Shown: in pieces, positions 55,317-64,000 of the stretch | How the letters are laid out: each line of letters opens with the position of its first letter | Position numbering within the stretch: the first letter of the stretch is position 1 | Virus record (IMG/VR): IMGVR_UViG_3300031669_000001 | Span: 186,001 to 250,000 of that record | Reading direction: 5' to 3' (one strand) | DNA length: 64,000 nt | Position numbers and translations under genes: made by a program | Notes under the pieces: generated by a model | Seen by the model: the letters and a program-made list of their open reading frames with translations, nothing else | What the model was told of the DNA's origin: nothing | Database searches by the model: none

Positions 55317-55402
55317 GATGGAGAAAAAGTCGGTAAGGGAGACTGGCCGAAGCCAAGGTTAACAAAAAGTAAACGAAGTAGCCCTAATCCTATGCAACCA
55401 TC
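55317..55402 (-). ncRNA. Y-RNA-like handle family, copy 7
   Basis: GATG-GTTGCATAG...GCTACTTCG...TTTTTCTC-CATC. Confidence 0.72.
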
Positions 55403-55403
55403 T

Positions 55404-55477
55404 TGGAGCGGGTGAAGAGAATCGAACTCTCGTCATAAGTTTGGAAAACTTCAGCTCTACCATTGAGCTACACCCGC
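55404..55477 (-). tRNA. tRNA-Gly(TCC)
   Basis: Loop TTTCCAA, CCA. Confidence 0.88.
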
Positions 55478-55579
55478 GTTGCTTTACTGCAATTTCAGCC
55501 ATAATAACATAACTTTCTGAGAAAGTACAATATTATTTGCAGCGGTAATTATTTATGACTGGGCAATTTTTATGAAAAG

Positions 55580-56167
55580 TTAAGTTTTTCTACTTGTATT
55601 CGCATTCATAATCCATTGATAGTTGAAGTCAAAGTCATCTTGATCTCCGACTGTAGCCATCTCTCCACTAGGAAGAAACTTCCCGATAACGAGAACATCA
55701 CCAGCATCTACCTTGTTCAAGAGACGGTACAGTCTCTTGTTTGCGCCAGACGCATTAGCGTAATCACCTTCAACCTGACCATAAAGGTCGGCATTATACT
55801 TTTCAGAGATGAATTTTGCAACAGCTGCAGAACGACTTACCCCTGCATGACAATGAACTATAACCCGCTCACACGTTATCCTATTCAAAAAATCTATGAT
55901 TGCTTTTGCATGATTTGCATCAGGCAGGCGTAGGTTGTGCCACAGAACTGGACCATCAGGGTCAGCGTCAGGGACGGCACCCAAAGGTTCATGAATAGTT
56001 TCTTCTTCCAGATCATCAAAGCTCAGCCTTAGGATCGAGAAAAAGCCATCATTTATCAAGGCTTTAGGATCTCCAGGGGAAGTAATTGAGATTATAGCGG
56101 TGTCAGAGCGTACAACTTCTCGATGTTCCATCCAACGCTGACTAACGAATTTAACGGTTTTGATCAT
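55580..56167 (-). CDS. protein tyrosine/dual-specificity phosphatase family
   Basis: VHCHAGVSRS (CX5R), F.D. Confidence 0.88.
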   Translation of the reverse strand: MIKTVKFVSQRWMEHREVVRSDTAIISITSPGDPKALINDGFFSILRLSFDDLEEETIHEPLGAVPDADPDGPVLWHNLRLPDANHAKAIIDFLNRITCERVIVHCHAGVSRSAAVAKFISEKYNADLYGQVEGDYANASGANKRLYRLLNKVDAGDVLVIGKFLPSGEMATVGDQDDFDFNYQWIMNANTSRKT

Positions 56168-56290
56168 AAGGCATTGTAACACAAACAATCAAGAAAGTAA
56201 AATAAACTTAGGAGAGGTGTTATCCTCTCCTAATATGGTACTATGTCTAAGAGGCTTCAGGCTACCCGTGAGCATCCTGAAGCACGTAGA

Positions 56291-56650
56291 TCACTCGTAG
56301 TTGATCTTGCTGATTCTATCCTTCACGTCTGCAACGTCGAGTCCAGAGAGTTCGATGAGTTTCTTCTCCATCGAGCTGTCCTTTCTATTGTACCAGAACA
56401 GTAAAGAACTGGCAGCTGCTTCAAGACCTTGCCATTTCCTGCCGCCGTTTGCGAGCTTGTTCTTATTTGTGATTGGAGAGAACGCTCCTTTCTTGGGATC
56501 ACGACCGAGAATGAGATCGTGAAGTAAGAAAAATCGAGAGTCGAGCTTTGCATTATCCTTGGTGATGCTCTTCCAGTAAGCGAAGTACTCAGACATATCG
56601 CGACGAGCTTCGATTTCGGTGGCTGGTTTTTCCATAGTCATTGTTTCCAT
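56291..56650 (-). CDS. hypothetical protein
   Basis: SD; FSPITN.NKL.NG motif. Confidence 0.7.
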   Translation of the reverse strand: METMTMEKPATEIEARRDMSEYFAYWKSITKDNAKLDSRFFLLHDLILGRDPKKGAFSPITNKNKLANGGRKWQGLEAAASSLLFWYNRKDSSMEKKLIELSGLDVADVKDRISKINYE

Positions 56651-56662
56651 TTTGATTCTCCT

Positions 56663-57115
56663 TTAAAATTTAAGTTGTGAGAGTGCAGAAGATACTTTTT
56701 CTTGCACGTGTTTTGATATTGCCTGGTTACTGTAAGTGCTTACTTCACGCTTGATGCTACTTTCAAGGTAATGCTTTTGAAGTTCAACTGCTTCTGTAGC
56801 AGCTTTCCTAACCAATTGAGAAAATTCTCGAGCAATAAGATCTTTCACTGACTGTTTGATCTCATCACTTATTGCATTGTTAAGCGTGAATTTTGAGTTC
56901 CACCCACCAGAATGTGAGCCATACTTTTTCGCAAGATTTAATTTCTCGGCATTTGCGGCAGTTTGAACTGCAAGTTGGATTTCAGAATCGACGCCTTTGA
57001 CGTACCGTTGTGCTATGTTTGCTATCACAGCGCCTTGAACCTGAATCAAAAATTCAGGATCTTTCTCGATGATAGAGGCGAGGGCGTTTGTATCTAAGCT
57101 GATTTTGACTGTCAT
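56663..57115 (-). CDS. hypothetical protein
   Basis: SD, helical. Confidence 0.7.
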   Translation of the reverse strand: MTVKISLDTNALASIIEKDPEFLIQVQGAVIANIAQRYVKGVDSEIQLAVQTAANAEKLNLAKKYGSHSGGWNSKFTLNNAISDEIKQSVKDLIAREFSQLVRKAATEAVELQKHYLESSIKREVSTYSNQAISKHVQEKVSSALSQLKF

Positions 57116-57116
57116 G

Positions 57117-57596
57117 TTATTCTCCTTTGGTTTGAAAATCGTCTGTTAAGTTGCAAGATTGCGGGTGAAGACAATGACCTACATCGCTACAGCATTCACA
57201 GACTGTTAGCTCATCGATTTGGTCTTGTAAAAATTTCTTGCGATTGTCTATGTCTGCAAGTTCAGCTTTAAAATTTGCAAGCTTCTCTTTTCGTTCTTCA
57301 CGTTCCTCTTCAGCTTTTTTCAGCTGTTTTTCAAGAGCGTAACGTTCGTTGATAAGTCTGATGATCTCTGTTTCGCGAGGATGACTGCGAATGATCGTGC
57401 AACCATCAGAATGCTCGATCAAGTTGATGTCTTTGATCTCAAATCCATCTCCAAATTCTTCAGCACTTCGCATATCATCGAGACAATCAGTGATGAGAGC
57501 TTCCTCAGTGTCATAACGTCTCTTGATTTCCCACGATTGACCGCAGCAAGAACAACGATAGCCGTTGTCACCACGAGCTATTAGCTGTATGCTCAT
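57117..57596 (-). CDS. hypothetical protein
   Basis: SD, Cys motifs, coiled coil. Confidence 0.7.
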   Translation of the reverse strand: MSIQLIARGDNGYRCSCCGQSWEIKRRYDTEEALITDCLDDMRSAEEFGDGFEIKDINLIEHSDGCTIIRSHPRETEIIRLINERYALEKQLKKAEEEREERKEKLANFKAELADIDNRKKFLQDQIDELTVCECCSDVGHCLHPQSCNLTDDFQTKGE

Positions 57597-57970
57597 TTTG
57601 ATTCTCCTTTAGTTGATTTGAAAAGACGATACTTTTTGAAGTGATGACGATGCTCTTGTGTAATCGGGAGAGTCGCAAGGGCTGTGTGGCTTGGGGAATA
57701 GCCAAGGTTATCGTCAGGCTCGTAGAAGAGCGCGCAGTCGATACCTAAGGTAGTTACGTGTTGGTAAGCTTTGAGAAGGTGTTCTTCGCTGTTAGCTTCG
57801 AGAAGAACGAGTGAAGTTGTCTCGTCAAACGTTGTGCCGGCGTGGCCAGCCTTGAGACCTGCTTCGAATGTTGCGTGAGCCGCCTGAACGATCTGCTGTT
57901 CGAGGGGTAGATCCTTGCGGATGAAGGTGTAGCAGTACGACTTTGGTTGAACCTACAGAGCTGCTTTCAT
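57593..57970 (-). CDS. Pth2-like peptidyl-tRNA hydrolase with in-frame TAG at codon 6 (57953-57955); not in ORF track
   Basis: MKAAL*VQPKSYCYTFIRKDLPLEQQIVQAAHA...LVLLEA.SEE.L...FYEPD...TALAT.P...FKKYRLF; alternative in-frame start at 58102. Confidence 0.75.
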
Positions 57971-58354
57971 GATGCTTCCTTTCAGTTTGTTGCGGGATTG
58001 ATAAACTGCTTTGCGATAATCTTTCAGCTTTTTCTCAATGAGAGCTTGATCGTAGATACCACGAACGATTCCTTCTTCTCTTTTGTTTTCAGCTTTGATC
58101 ATTTCGCCTTATTTATAAAATTTCAGAGGATTCATTATAACATAAACACCCAGAAAGTAAACTGTTTTAATCAAAAAGTTGAGCAACAGTCAGCTACAAC
58201 TTTACACAATTTTGTTCAACTGGAAGAGTCATGTCACCATTTTCCAGTTGATAGGCAAGAACTTCAAGGACGCTGGCCTCGTAAGTCAAACCCACAAGAG
58301 TCAATTCAACGGCGAATTCAGTTGCCTTCTTCGCGATTTCTACAGCGCCTTTTG

Positions 58355-58612
58355 TCATGATGCACGCTCGAGATTTGGTTTGATTTCGACGTCAAATTTC
58401 ATCTGCGCGATTTCTCGAAGCGTTGGGGCTTTGCTAGGATCAAAATCAACCTTTGTAGCTCCAACATCGGCGCTGAGATCGATGTCCAACTGTAGTTGTC
58501 GACCAGTGTGGAATCCTTTAGCGTAACCAAGTTGAAGCTGAGGTGTCGCTTGATCCCACTTAACTTCAAAATCTTTTTCGAATGATGCTCGCATTGCCTG
58601 ATTATTCCTCAT
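58355..58612 (-). CDS. hypothetical protein
   Basis: SD before MRNN. Confidence 0.55.
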   Translation of the reverse strand: MRNNQAMRASFEKDFEVKWDQATPQLQLGYAKGFHTGRQLQLDIDLSADVGATKVDFDPSKAPTLREIAQMKFDVEIKPNLERAS

Positions 58613-59345
58613 CTTGTTCTCCTGAGAGTTTAGCGGAAGCTTTTTGAACGATTTCAAATATTTGGTGATAATTGTAAGGAGATTTAACGTAAGTATCTTT
58701 CGGTGGTTCCTGCAGAGGCCTCCAATACGTTATGTGATCTGCACTTACCGTACCAATTGGACTTCCATTTGGTGAGAACAGCTGACACGCCAAGATCCAG
58801 TGATCACCTAGCTCTTCTGAAAAACCGACTTCCATTACCCAGCCATGAATTACCTTTTGATCGGGATGCTTCTCACCAATCTTCATCGCTGCTAGGCTAT
58901 TGCGAATATCTTCATCCTGTGTTCCACGAACATCCTTGACAAACAGGATTTCTTCACCCTCATCAGGGAGATGTTTACCATCACGAACCAAGAACCAGCC
59001 ATCATCTGTTGGGAAGTGTGTCTTTGGAAGATCTTTTGCTTCGGGGAAGATGTACTTACCTTCATGACTGACAGGAATTCCATCCTCGTAGTACGCGATT
59101 TCGCATGAACCTACAAATTCACCATCTGCCCGGTGCACATCGCCGGTTCCATCACAATCGCCACAGGTTTCATATCGATGTTTGAATGCACATGGAGTTG
59201 GACCTGATACATGTCCAGGGCAAGGCGCTGGCATGTCATACTCAAACTGGCACCCGGCGCATTCTTCGTGCGTTCTGCTTGTCTTTTGCCAAGCTAACAG
59301 CTCTTTGTCAGTATAACCATAGATGTTGAATTTATTTGACATATT
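58602..59345 (-). CDS. hypothetical protein
   Basis: Cys-rich N-half, ITYW.PL..PP (DUF551-like) C-terminus. Confidence 0.6.
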   Translation of the reverse strand, partial: NMSNKFNIYGYTDKELLAWQKTSRTHEECAGCQFEYDMPAPCPGHVSGPTPCAFKHRYETCGDCDGTGDVHRADGEFVGSCEIAYYEDGIPVSHEGKYIFPEAKDLPKTHFPTDDGWFLVRDGKHLPDEGEEILFVKDVRGTQDEDIRNSLAAMKIGEKHPDQKVIHGWVMEVGFSEELGDHWILACQLFSPNGSPIGTVSADHITYWRPLQEPPKDTYVKSPYNYHQIFEIVQKASAKLSGEQDEE

Positions 59346-59658
59346 TTCCATCCGGTAAGAGATATTCTTTTTCATAACTGTCGAAGCCAGATTTGACTTG
59401 ACCCACGCGGCCTTGAACTGAACACCAATCAGGAAGTTTCTTCAAGTGTTCTTCTAGAGAATCTCTGAAGTGAACCTTTTGACATGCATCACAGTACCAT
59501 CCCATATCACTAGAAGCTTGTCTGCACAGGTGATTGTAACCGCGAGCCCAACGGCTGCTGATAGAATCATCCTTGATCATAGCACCACAATTTGGGCAAT
59601 CGTGAACTTTCATCTTCGTGTAGAAGAAGCTCTTTATTTTTTTCACGATTTGTTTCAT
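59332..59658 (-). CDS. Cys-rich hypothetical protein
   Basis: CPNCG, CDAC. Confidence 0.55.
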   Translation of the reverse strand: MKQIVKKIKSFFYTKMKVHDCPNCGAMIKDDSISSRWARGYNHLCRQASSDMGWYCDACQKVHFRDSLEEHLKKLPDWCSVQGRVGQVKSGFDSYEKEYLLPDGKYVK

Positions 59659-59836
59659 TTGGAGAGCCTCACCAACGGCACACATTCTGCCTTGTCTTCA
59701 TCAATTCGAGAACCGTTTCCATGCTTTCTCTTTTCTATCAAACATGCATCCCAGCTAGGAAACTCGACTGCATACTGTGGAGTCCAATCACACATTCTTC
59801 CAGAACATATGTAGACGATCAAAACAACGCTCATGT

Positions 59837-60151
59837 TCATTCTGAGTCCTTTATATTTGCAATGTATTCACCAGTTTCAGCAAATGTTATTAAGAATGGT
59901 AAAAGTTGTTTCACCATCGACTGAGTCAAGTGCATTCTCGACTTAACATTTTCATTCCCCATCTGAGGACCTGTATTGTCAACCCCGAACCAAATTGCTG
60001 CTTCAGTTGCCAAACTACTATCCTGCAAGGAGCAAGTTTGTCCATATCTGTCATCAAATTTAATGTGGCCTAAACCTCGGCCTCCAATGCTGCGTTCGAG
60101 GATAGTTTCAGTCTGCTCATAATCATTGACAATTGACGTTTTAGTTGGCAT
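59837..60151 (-). CDS. conserved phage hypothetical protein
   Basis: CSLQ.SSLATE..IW.G, RMHLT. Confidence 0.65.
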   Translation of the reverse strand: MPTKTSIVNDYEQTETILERSIGGRGLGHIKFDDRYGQTCSLQDSSLATEAAIWFGVDNTGPQMGNENVKSRMHLTQSMVKQLLPFLITFAETGEYIANIKDSE

Positions 60152-60355
60152 TCTTGACTCCTTTTGCTGTCTTTTCAATCCTCAGTTCTTCCAATAACTG
60201 TGAAATTCTTTCACCCTTCATAAACTGATCAGACGGGTCACATGCAGCCATAGCAAAGGGATCTGTACCATCATCCCATGCAGCGGAGGAAGCTTCGATT
60301 TCTCGTTCGAGCTCCTCTATCTCTGCAAGAATCTGAAGAATCTTTGAGTTACACA

Positions 60356-60802
60356 TTATCGCAATCCCAAAGCTTTTGCTTCTTCATCTGTGAGCTTTGC
60401 ACGAGCTGTAACTCGAATAGCTTCGATACGTTTTTCTTCTGCAACTCGCTCGTAGTACGCTTTGACTTCAGCTTCTGCCTCTTCTAGATTGTAAAGATCA
60501 TCCATGATCTTAGGAACAACCGTTATAGTAAGACGCTTGTCATAATCTCCGTTGCGCGCGTAATGGTTGAGCAAAAGCTTTCCAGGGAACAGACTTTCAT
60601 TCCTATCAATGCTAAAGTCCTCAATAGTTGCATACTCGATGATGACAGTCAATAGACGATCTTTATAGTTTACTGTGGCAGCTGCGAATTGTTCGGCTTG
60701 CTCTCTTAGATACTTTTCGCGAGCTGCAACTTGTGCGGCCTCACGAGCTGCTTTTTTCGCTGCTGCAATTTCACGTTTTTGTTCTTTGCTGAGTTCGGCC
60801 AT
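60356..60802 (-). CDS. early hypothetical protein
   Basis: Follows an early promoter; ends KLT.EE..ALG. Confidence 0.65.
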   Translation of the reverse strand: MAELSKEQKREIAAAKKAAREAAQVAAREKYLREQAEQFAAATVNYKDRLLTVIIEYATIEDFSIDRNESLFPGKLLLNHYARNGDYDKRLTITVVPKIMDDLYNLEEAEAEVKAYYERVAEEKRIEAIRVTARAKLTDEEAKALGLR

Positions 60803-60875
60803 GTTTGTCTCTTGTTTGATCGATGAAGTAATTATAACACATCCATCAAAAAAGTACACACTTTTGTGACGAAAC

Positions 60876-60906
60876 AAAGGGGAATCTATAAAATAGATTC
60901 CCCTTT
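60876..60906. terminator. terminator hairpin
   Basis: AAAGGGGAATCTAT/ATAGATTCCCCTTT. Confidence 0.7.
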
Positions 60907-60921
60907 TGAGTACTTAGGCTA

Positions 60922-61629
60922 TTAGAACTTGCCGAAGGTTGCTTTGGACAGCTTATCAAAAGTTCCACCAAAGAGTGAAACAAATCGTTCTATCAGTTGC
61001 TTGATAACGCGTGACAGTAGCAGCAAGATCAAGGTGATAGGCCAAGAGCATCCTGCGCCGACGATGAAGTATTTGCAAGCTGCAAATCGTGGAGGCAAGA
61101 TTTCGTTGACTTGTGCATCCAGCTGTTCCTTGTTGACATTTGCCTGCTTGCTTTCGCTACGAAGAAGATCCGTGTCTTTTAGATGGATTCCTAGTGAACC
61201 GTTGGGGTCATCGAATATGTCATTGATAGCATAATGATCATCTAGAGTGTTGTACTTACGAATAGACAGTTGAACATCTTCAGGAAGGTCGGCTGCCCAA
61301 TCAGGAACAGTTTCTTTGTTGAGTCGACGATCAAATCTTTCCTTAGCTTTCCAGTTATAGAAGATCCAATACACAAATGACGTTACTAGACCCGCGATGA
61401 TGTAAGCTGCGATGAGGTAGAGAATTGTAGTTGTGGCACCGTGATTCACGATCAGCGGGTTTATGTCACCCCTAAAGTAGATGTAGGCTAGAACAGCAGA
61501 TACAGTCATCCAAAATGTAGAGCCGCTAAAGCTCTTTTCGTTGTTAAAAGCGAACGCTGGTACGATGCTGACAAGTGCTCCAATTGGAACAAGCCAAATA
61601 AGAGCAAAGTCTAAAATTGCTTCAAGCAT
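60922..61629 (-). CDS. multi-pass membrane protein
   Basis: Four hydrophobic segments. Confidence 0.7.
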   Translation of the reverse strand: MLEAILDFALIWLVPIGALVSIVPAFAFNNEKSFSGSTFWMTVSAVLAYIYFRGDINPLIVNHGATTTILYLIAAYIIAGLVTSFVYWIFYNWKAKERFDRRLNKETVPDWAADLPEDVQLSIRKYNTLDDHYAINDIFDDPNGSLGIHLKDTDLLRSESKQANVNKEQLDAQVNEILPPRFAACKYFIVGAGCSWPITLILLLLSRVIKQLIERFVSLFGGTFDKLSKATFGKF

Positions 61630-61674
61630 GATTTTTCCTTTGAAAGAGGGAGAGGAATTCCTCTCCCAGTTGAA

Positions 61675-62472
61675 TTATGCCAGTACTGCGTCTTGGGCGA
61701 CAGGAGCCTTCATCCAATCCAGAAGCTCTTGAGAGATCAAACGCTCGTTCAATTGATCGTCAGGCAGATTGACGAATTCTTTGTAGTCGCCGACGTGATC
61801 GAAGTACACGTTGCTGTACTTGTCTGCGAGACTTTGAATGTAATTGAACTGACTGACATTTTTGTTCACGCCGAGGAAGATGATGTACATTTGATCGCCG
61901 CGGGCTTCAGACTCTGCAAGCAGACGAGAAGTTTCAGAACGATCGCTGTTTTCACCATCTGTCACGAACAACACCAGGCTCTTGCGCTTGTTGGCCTTGA
62001 ATGCTTCTGCTGGTTTGCGACCAAGCAGGCGGCTGAAGAAGCCTTTGCTTTCAGTTGCAGGAGCATCATCTTCAGGCAGGTAGCCGAAGAGTTGAAGTGC
62101 TTGACGAAGAGCTGGAGCATACTGAGTGCCACCATCCCATGGACCGCAACCGACGACGTTCTTGGCGATGAAGTTTGTGTAGTTCTTTTCAGTGACGGAA
62201 CCGACGTGTTCGCTGCTATTTGCAAATGCGATAGTGTCCAGTTTCTTGTCAGGATCAAACAGCATACCCCATGGAGTCAGACGCTCCAGAAGTAGCTCAG
62301 TGATCGCAGGTTCACTACGGTGAGACTGGTGTGCGTCGACAAATGATCCACTCACATCAAGGATAAAGCACAGCTCCATGACTGGTGGTGTAGTGATGCC
62401 GGCTTTGGCCAGGCAGAGAGTGAGAGACTTCTTAGTCTCGTTCAGTTTTTCGAGGTTGAGTTGTAGTGCCAT
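61675..62472 (-). CDS. vWA (TerF-associated) domain protein
   Basis: LDVSGS, GGT.Y, FVTDGEN, E...W; Ter context. Confidence 0.82.
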   Translation of the reverse strand: MALQLNLEKLNETKKSLTLCLAKAGITTPPVMELCFILDVSGSFVDAHQSHRSEPAITELLLERLTPWGMLFDPDKKLDTIAFANSSEHVGSVTEKNYTNFIAKNVVGCGPWDGGTQYAPALRQALQLFGYLPEDDAPATESKGFFSRLLGRKPAEAFKANKRKSLVLFVTDGENSDRSETSRLLAESEARGDQMYIIFLGVNKNVSQFNYIQSLADKYSNVYFDHVGDYKEFVNLPDDQLNERLISQELLDWMKAPVAQDAVLA

Positions 62473-62474
62473 GA

Positions 62475-63473
62475 TTAAATTGCTCCTTTTGATGTTGCAC
62501 GAATTTCTTCAAGCTTGTTTTTGGCGAGGATCCTGTTAGACTCATCATTTAGATAATTCAGAGTCGTTACGGAGATCCAACTGGGTATGGTAGTCAAGAC
62601 GGTATCAATCAACAATGCATTGATATTCTTCATAGACTGAACTACCGTTGAAGACATTAACTTCATCTCCAACAAATTGTTCCAGCTCTTAGTTAGGGAC
62701 ACTAACCTCATATCGATCATGTCACGTTCATCCTGAGGACGAATCCTCGAGAGAATGTTGTTTGCCAAGATCAAAATTCTAACGTTGTTCTCAGTTTCAA
62801 GAATTTTGTTAACGAGATCAGACATCTCTTTTGTGGCTGGTTCTAATTGCGTACTTACCGTTCTTAAAATTGTTACACACTTCTCCAACTGGTTTACATT
62901 ATCTTCAAACTTCGTATCGCTATGCATGAAGTTGAAGATGCCCTTTGATTCAAACCACTCATACAACCGGTCAATCAGTTCATTGACGCGGTTTAACATA
63001 GATCTTGCATCGACGAAAGCTCTTGTTTTAGAAAGCTCCATGAATTGCGAAGCTAACCGTGCGGCCTCTTTTTGCTCATCGATACCAAAATCACTCCAAT
63101 CCCTGGATGCACCTTTTGCTGGAAGATTTCTTACTAACAACTCTCTCGCAGCGTTTAGATCTTTATCATCAGAAGTTGGATCTGCAAGCTTCAACTCTGC
63201 TAATGTTGGAATATCAACTACTACACGTTCACCTTTTAAAGCATTGGCTGGAGCAAAAGAAGTTGGAGCTGCTTGCTTTCTTTCTACCGGCGCGACAGGA
63301 TCCTTTTTCGGCGCAGTTTTTGGCAACGCGTTGGGTTTGAAAGATGGTCCCGTCGAAGAACCTACAATCGTAGGACTACTAGATCCAGTATAACCTATAG
63401 AGGTAGGACCAATCTGTGGTCCTACCGGTGCAGATTTTACCGCTCCAGCCAATGATGTAGGTTTGAAATCCAC
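62475..63473 (-). CDS. TelA-like toxic anion resistance protein
   Basis: Pro-rich N-terminus, long helical region, TTIP.W; between terD-like and vWA genes. Confidence 0.55.
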   Translation of the reverse strand: MDFKPTSLAGAVKSAPVGPQIGPTSIGYTGSSSPTIVGSSTGPSFKPNALPKTAPKKDPVAPVERKQAAPTSFAPANALKGERVVVDIPTLAELKLADPTSDDKDLNAARELLVRNLPAKGASRDWSDFGIDEQKEAARLASQFMELSKTRAFVDARSMLNRVNELIDRLYEWFESKGIFNFMHSDTKFEDNVNQLEKCVTILRTVSTQLEPATKEMSDLVNKILETENNVRILILANNILSRIRPQDERDMIDMRLVSLTKSWNNLLEMKLMSSTVVQSMKNINALLIDTVLTTIPSWISVTTLNYLNDESNRILAKNKLEEIRATSKGAI

Positions 63474-63475
63474 GT

Positions 63476-64000
63476 TTAGGAGAAGTGACCAAGTACTTCG
63501 TTGAAGTCTTGGTCGAAGCCGACCGCCATTGGGTAGAACGAGATGGTGTTTGTTGGATCGATGATGATGGATCCCATTTGCACACCGACAAACTCGCCGA
63601 ATTGAGCAGACAGATTAGCGTCAAACACTGACTTGCCGTCGCCATCCTCGATGATAACGCGAGGGTTGGTAACATGCTTGAACTTGCTGGTACCACTTTG
63701 TGGGTGGATCATCGCGATCAGCGGGATTTCGATGGCGCTGTTGGCCTTTGGAGTCAGCTTTGATGGATCGATCAGGACGAATTCGTCATCTTCACCGTCA
63801 TCATCACCACCTTCGAGAGCATCCGCGCTGTGGATCAGAGCGCCGCCGTGAATTTGGAATGTGCCATCAGCTGCTTTGTCCAAGGTACCGACGATGTCGC
63901 CTTTGATCTTTCGCTTGACATTGTACGTGGAAAGGATGTCATCGAAGCTTTCAACTGTAGCGGCGGTGCCGTCATTTGTGCACAGGAATGCATGGAGATC
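63476..64000 (-). CDS. TerD/TerZ family stress protein (5' end outside the window)
   Basis: DLHAF, HS.D...G...G.DDE, F.PM.VG. Confidence 0.8.
   Translation of the reverse strand, partial: DLHAFLCTNDGTAATVESFDDILSTYNVKRKIKGDIVGTLDKAADGTFQIHGGALIHSADALEGGDDDGEDDEFVLIDPSKLTPKANSAIEIPLIAMIHPQSGTSKFKHVTNPRVIIEDGDGKSVFDANLSAQFGEFVGVQMGSIIIDPTNTISFYPMAVGFDQDFNEVLGHFS

Noticed and set aside
32363-63393. Long plus-strand ORFs antisense to real genes (32363-33079, 61693-62295, 62755-63393 and similar)
   Set aside because: Codon-bias shadows of minus-strand genes that carry clear motifs.
1-64000. Genome-wide stop codon reassignment (TAG or TGA as sense)
   Set aside because: Long genes are intact in code 11, many end in TGA with ATGA overlaps, and several end in TAG. 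Only isolated genes have internal stops.

Overview
This window is a segment of a large T4-related or jumbo-type dsDNA phage genome. Nearly all genes lie on the minus strand, with T4-like early promoters (GT(G/T)TAC...TG(A/T)TATAAT) and late promoters (NATAAATA). A Burkholderiales-like CspA hints at a betaproteobacterial host. The left part is a replication module (RNase H/5'-3' exonuclease, sliding clamp, family B DNA polymerase, DsbA-like), followed by PhoH, ClpP, NAD/ADP-ribose enzymes (two NADAR-type, a 2H-macrodomain fusion, NAD kinase) and tRNA maturation enzymes (Thg1, CCA-adding enzyme, RNA ligase). The middle holds about 45 tRNA or tRNA-like genes in arrays at 35-47 kb and 54-55.5 kb, with four endonuclease genes overlapping tRNA 5' ends. 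The right end has HD, vWA, CspA, phosphatase and Ter/TelA genes. Four signals stand out. (1) A translation-rescue set gated by stop codons: an RF1-type release factor with an in-frame TGA, a Pth2-like hydrolase behind an in-frame TAG, an amber (CUA) tRNA and a minimal ArfA. (2) A seven-member modular ncRNA family with a constant handle and Y-RNA-like circularly permuted tRNA payloads. (3) Endonuclease-plus-replacement-tRNA cassettes that split resident tRNAs at the anticodon. (4) Exotic tRNA mimics: a strand-swapped double-headed Ala mimic, anticodon-opened permuted tRNAs and a mutually exclusive RNA switch. All calls are by eye from the sequence; no searches were run.
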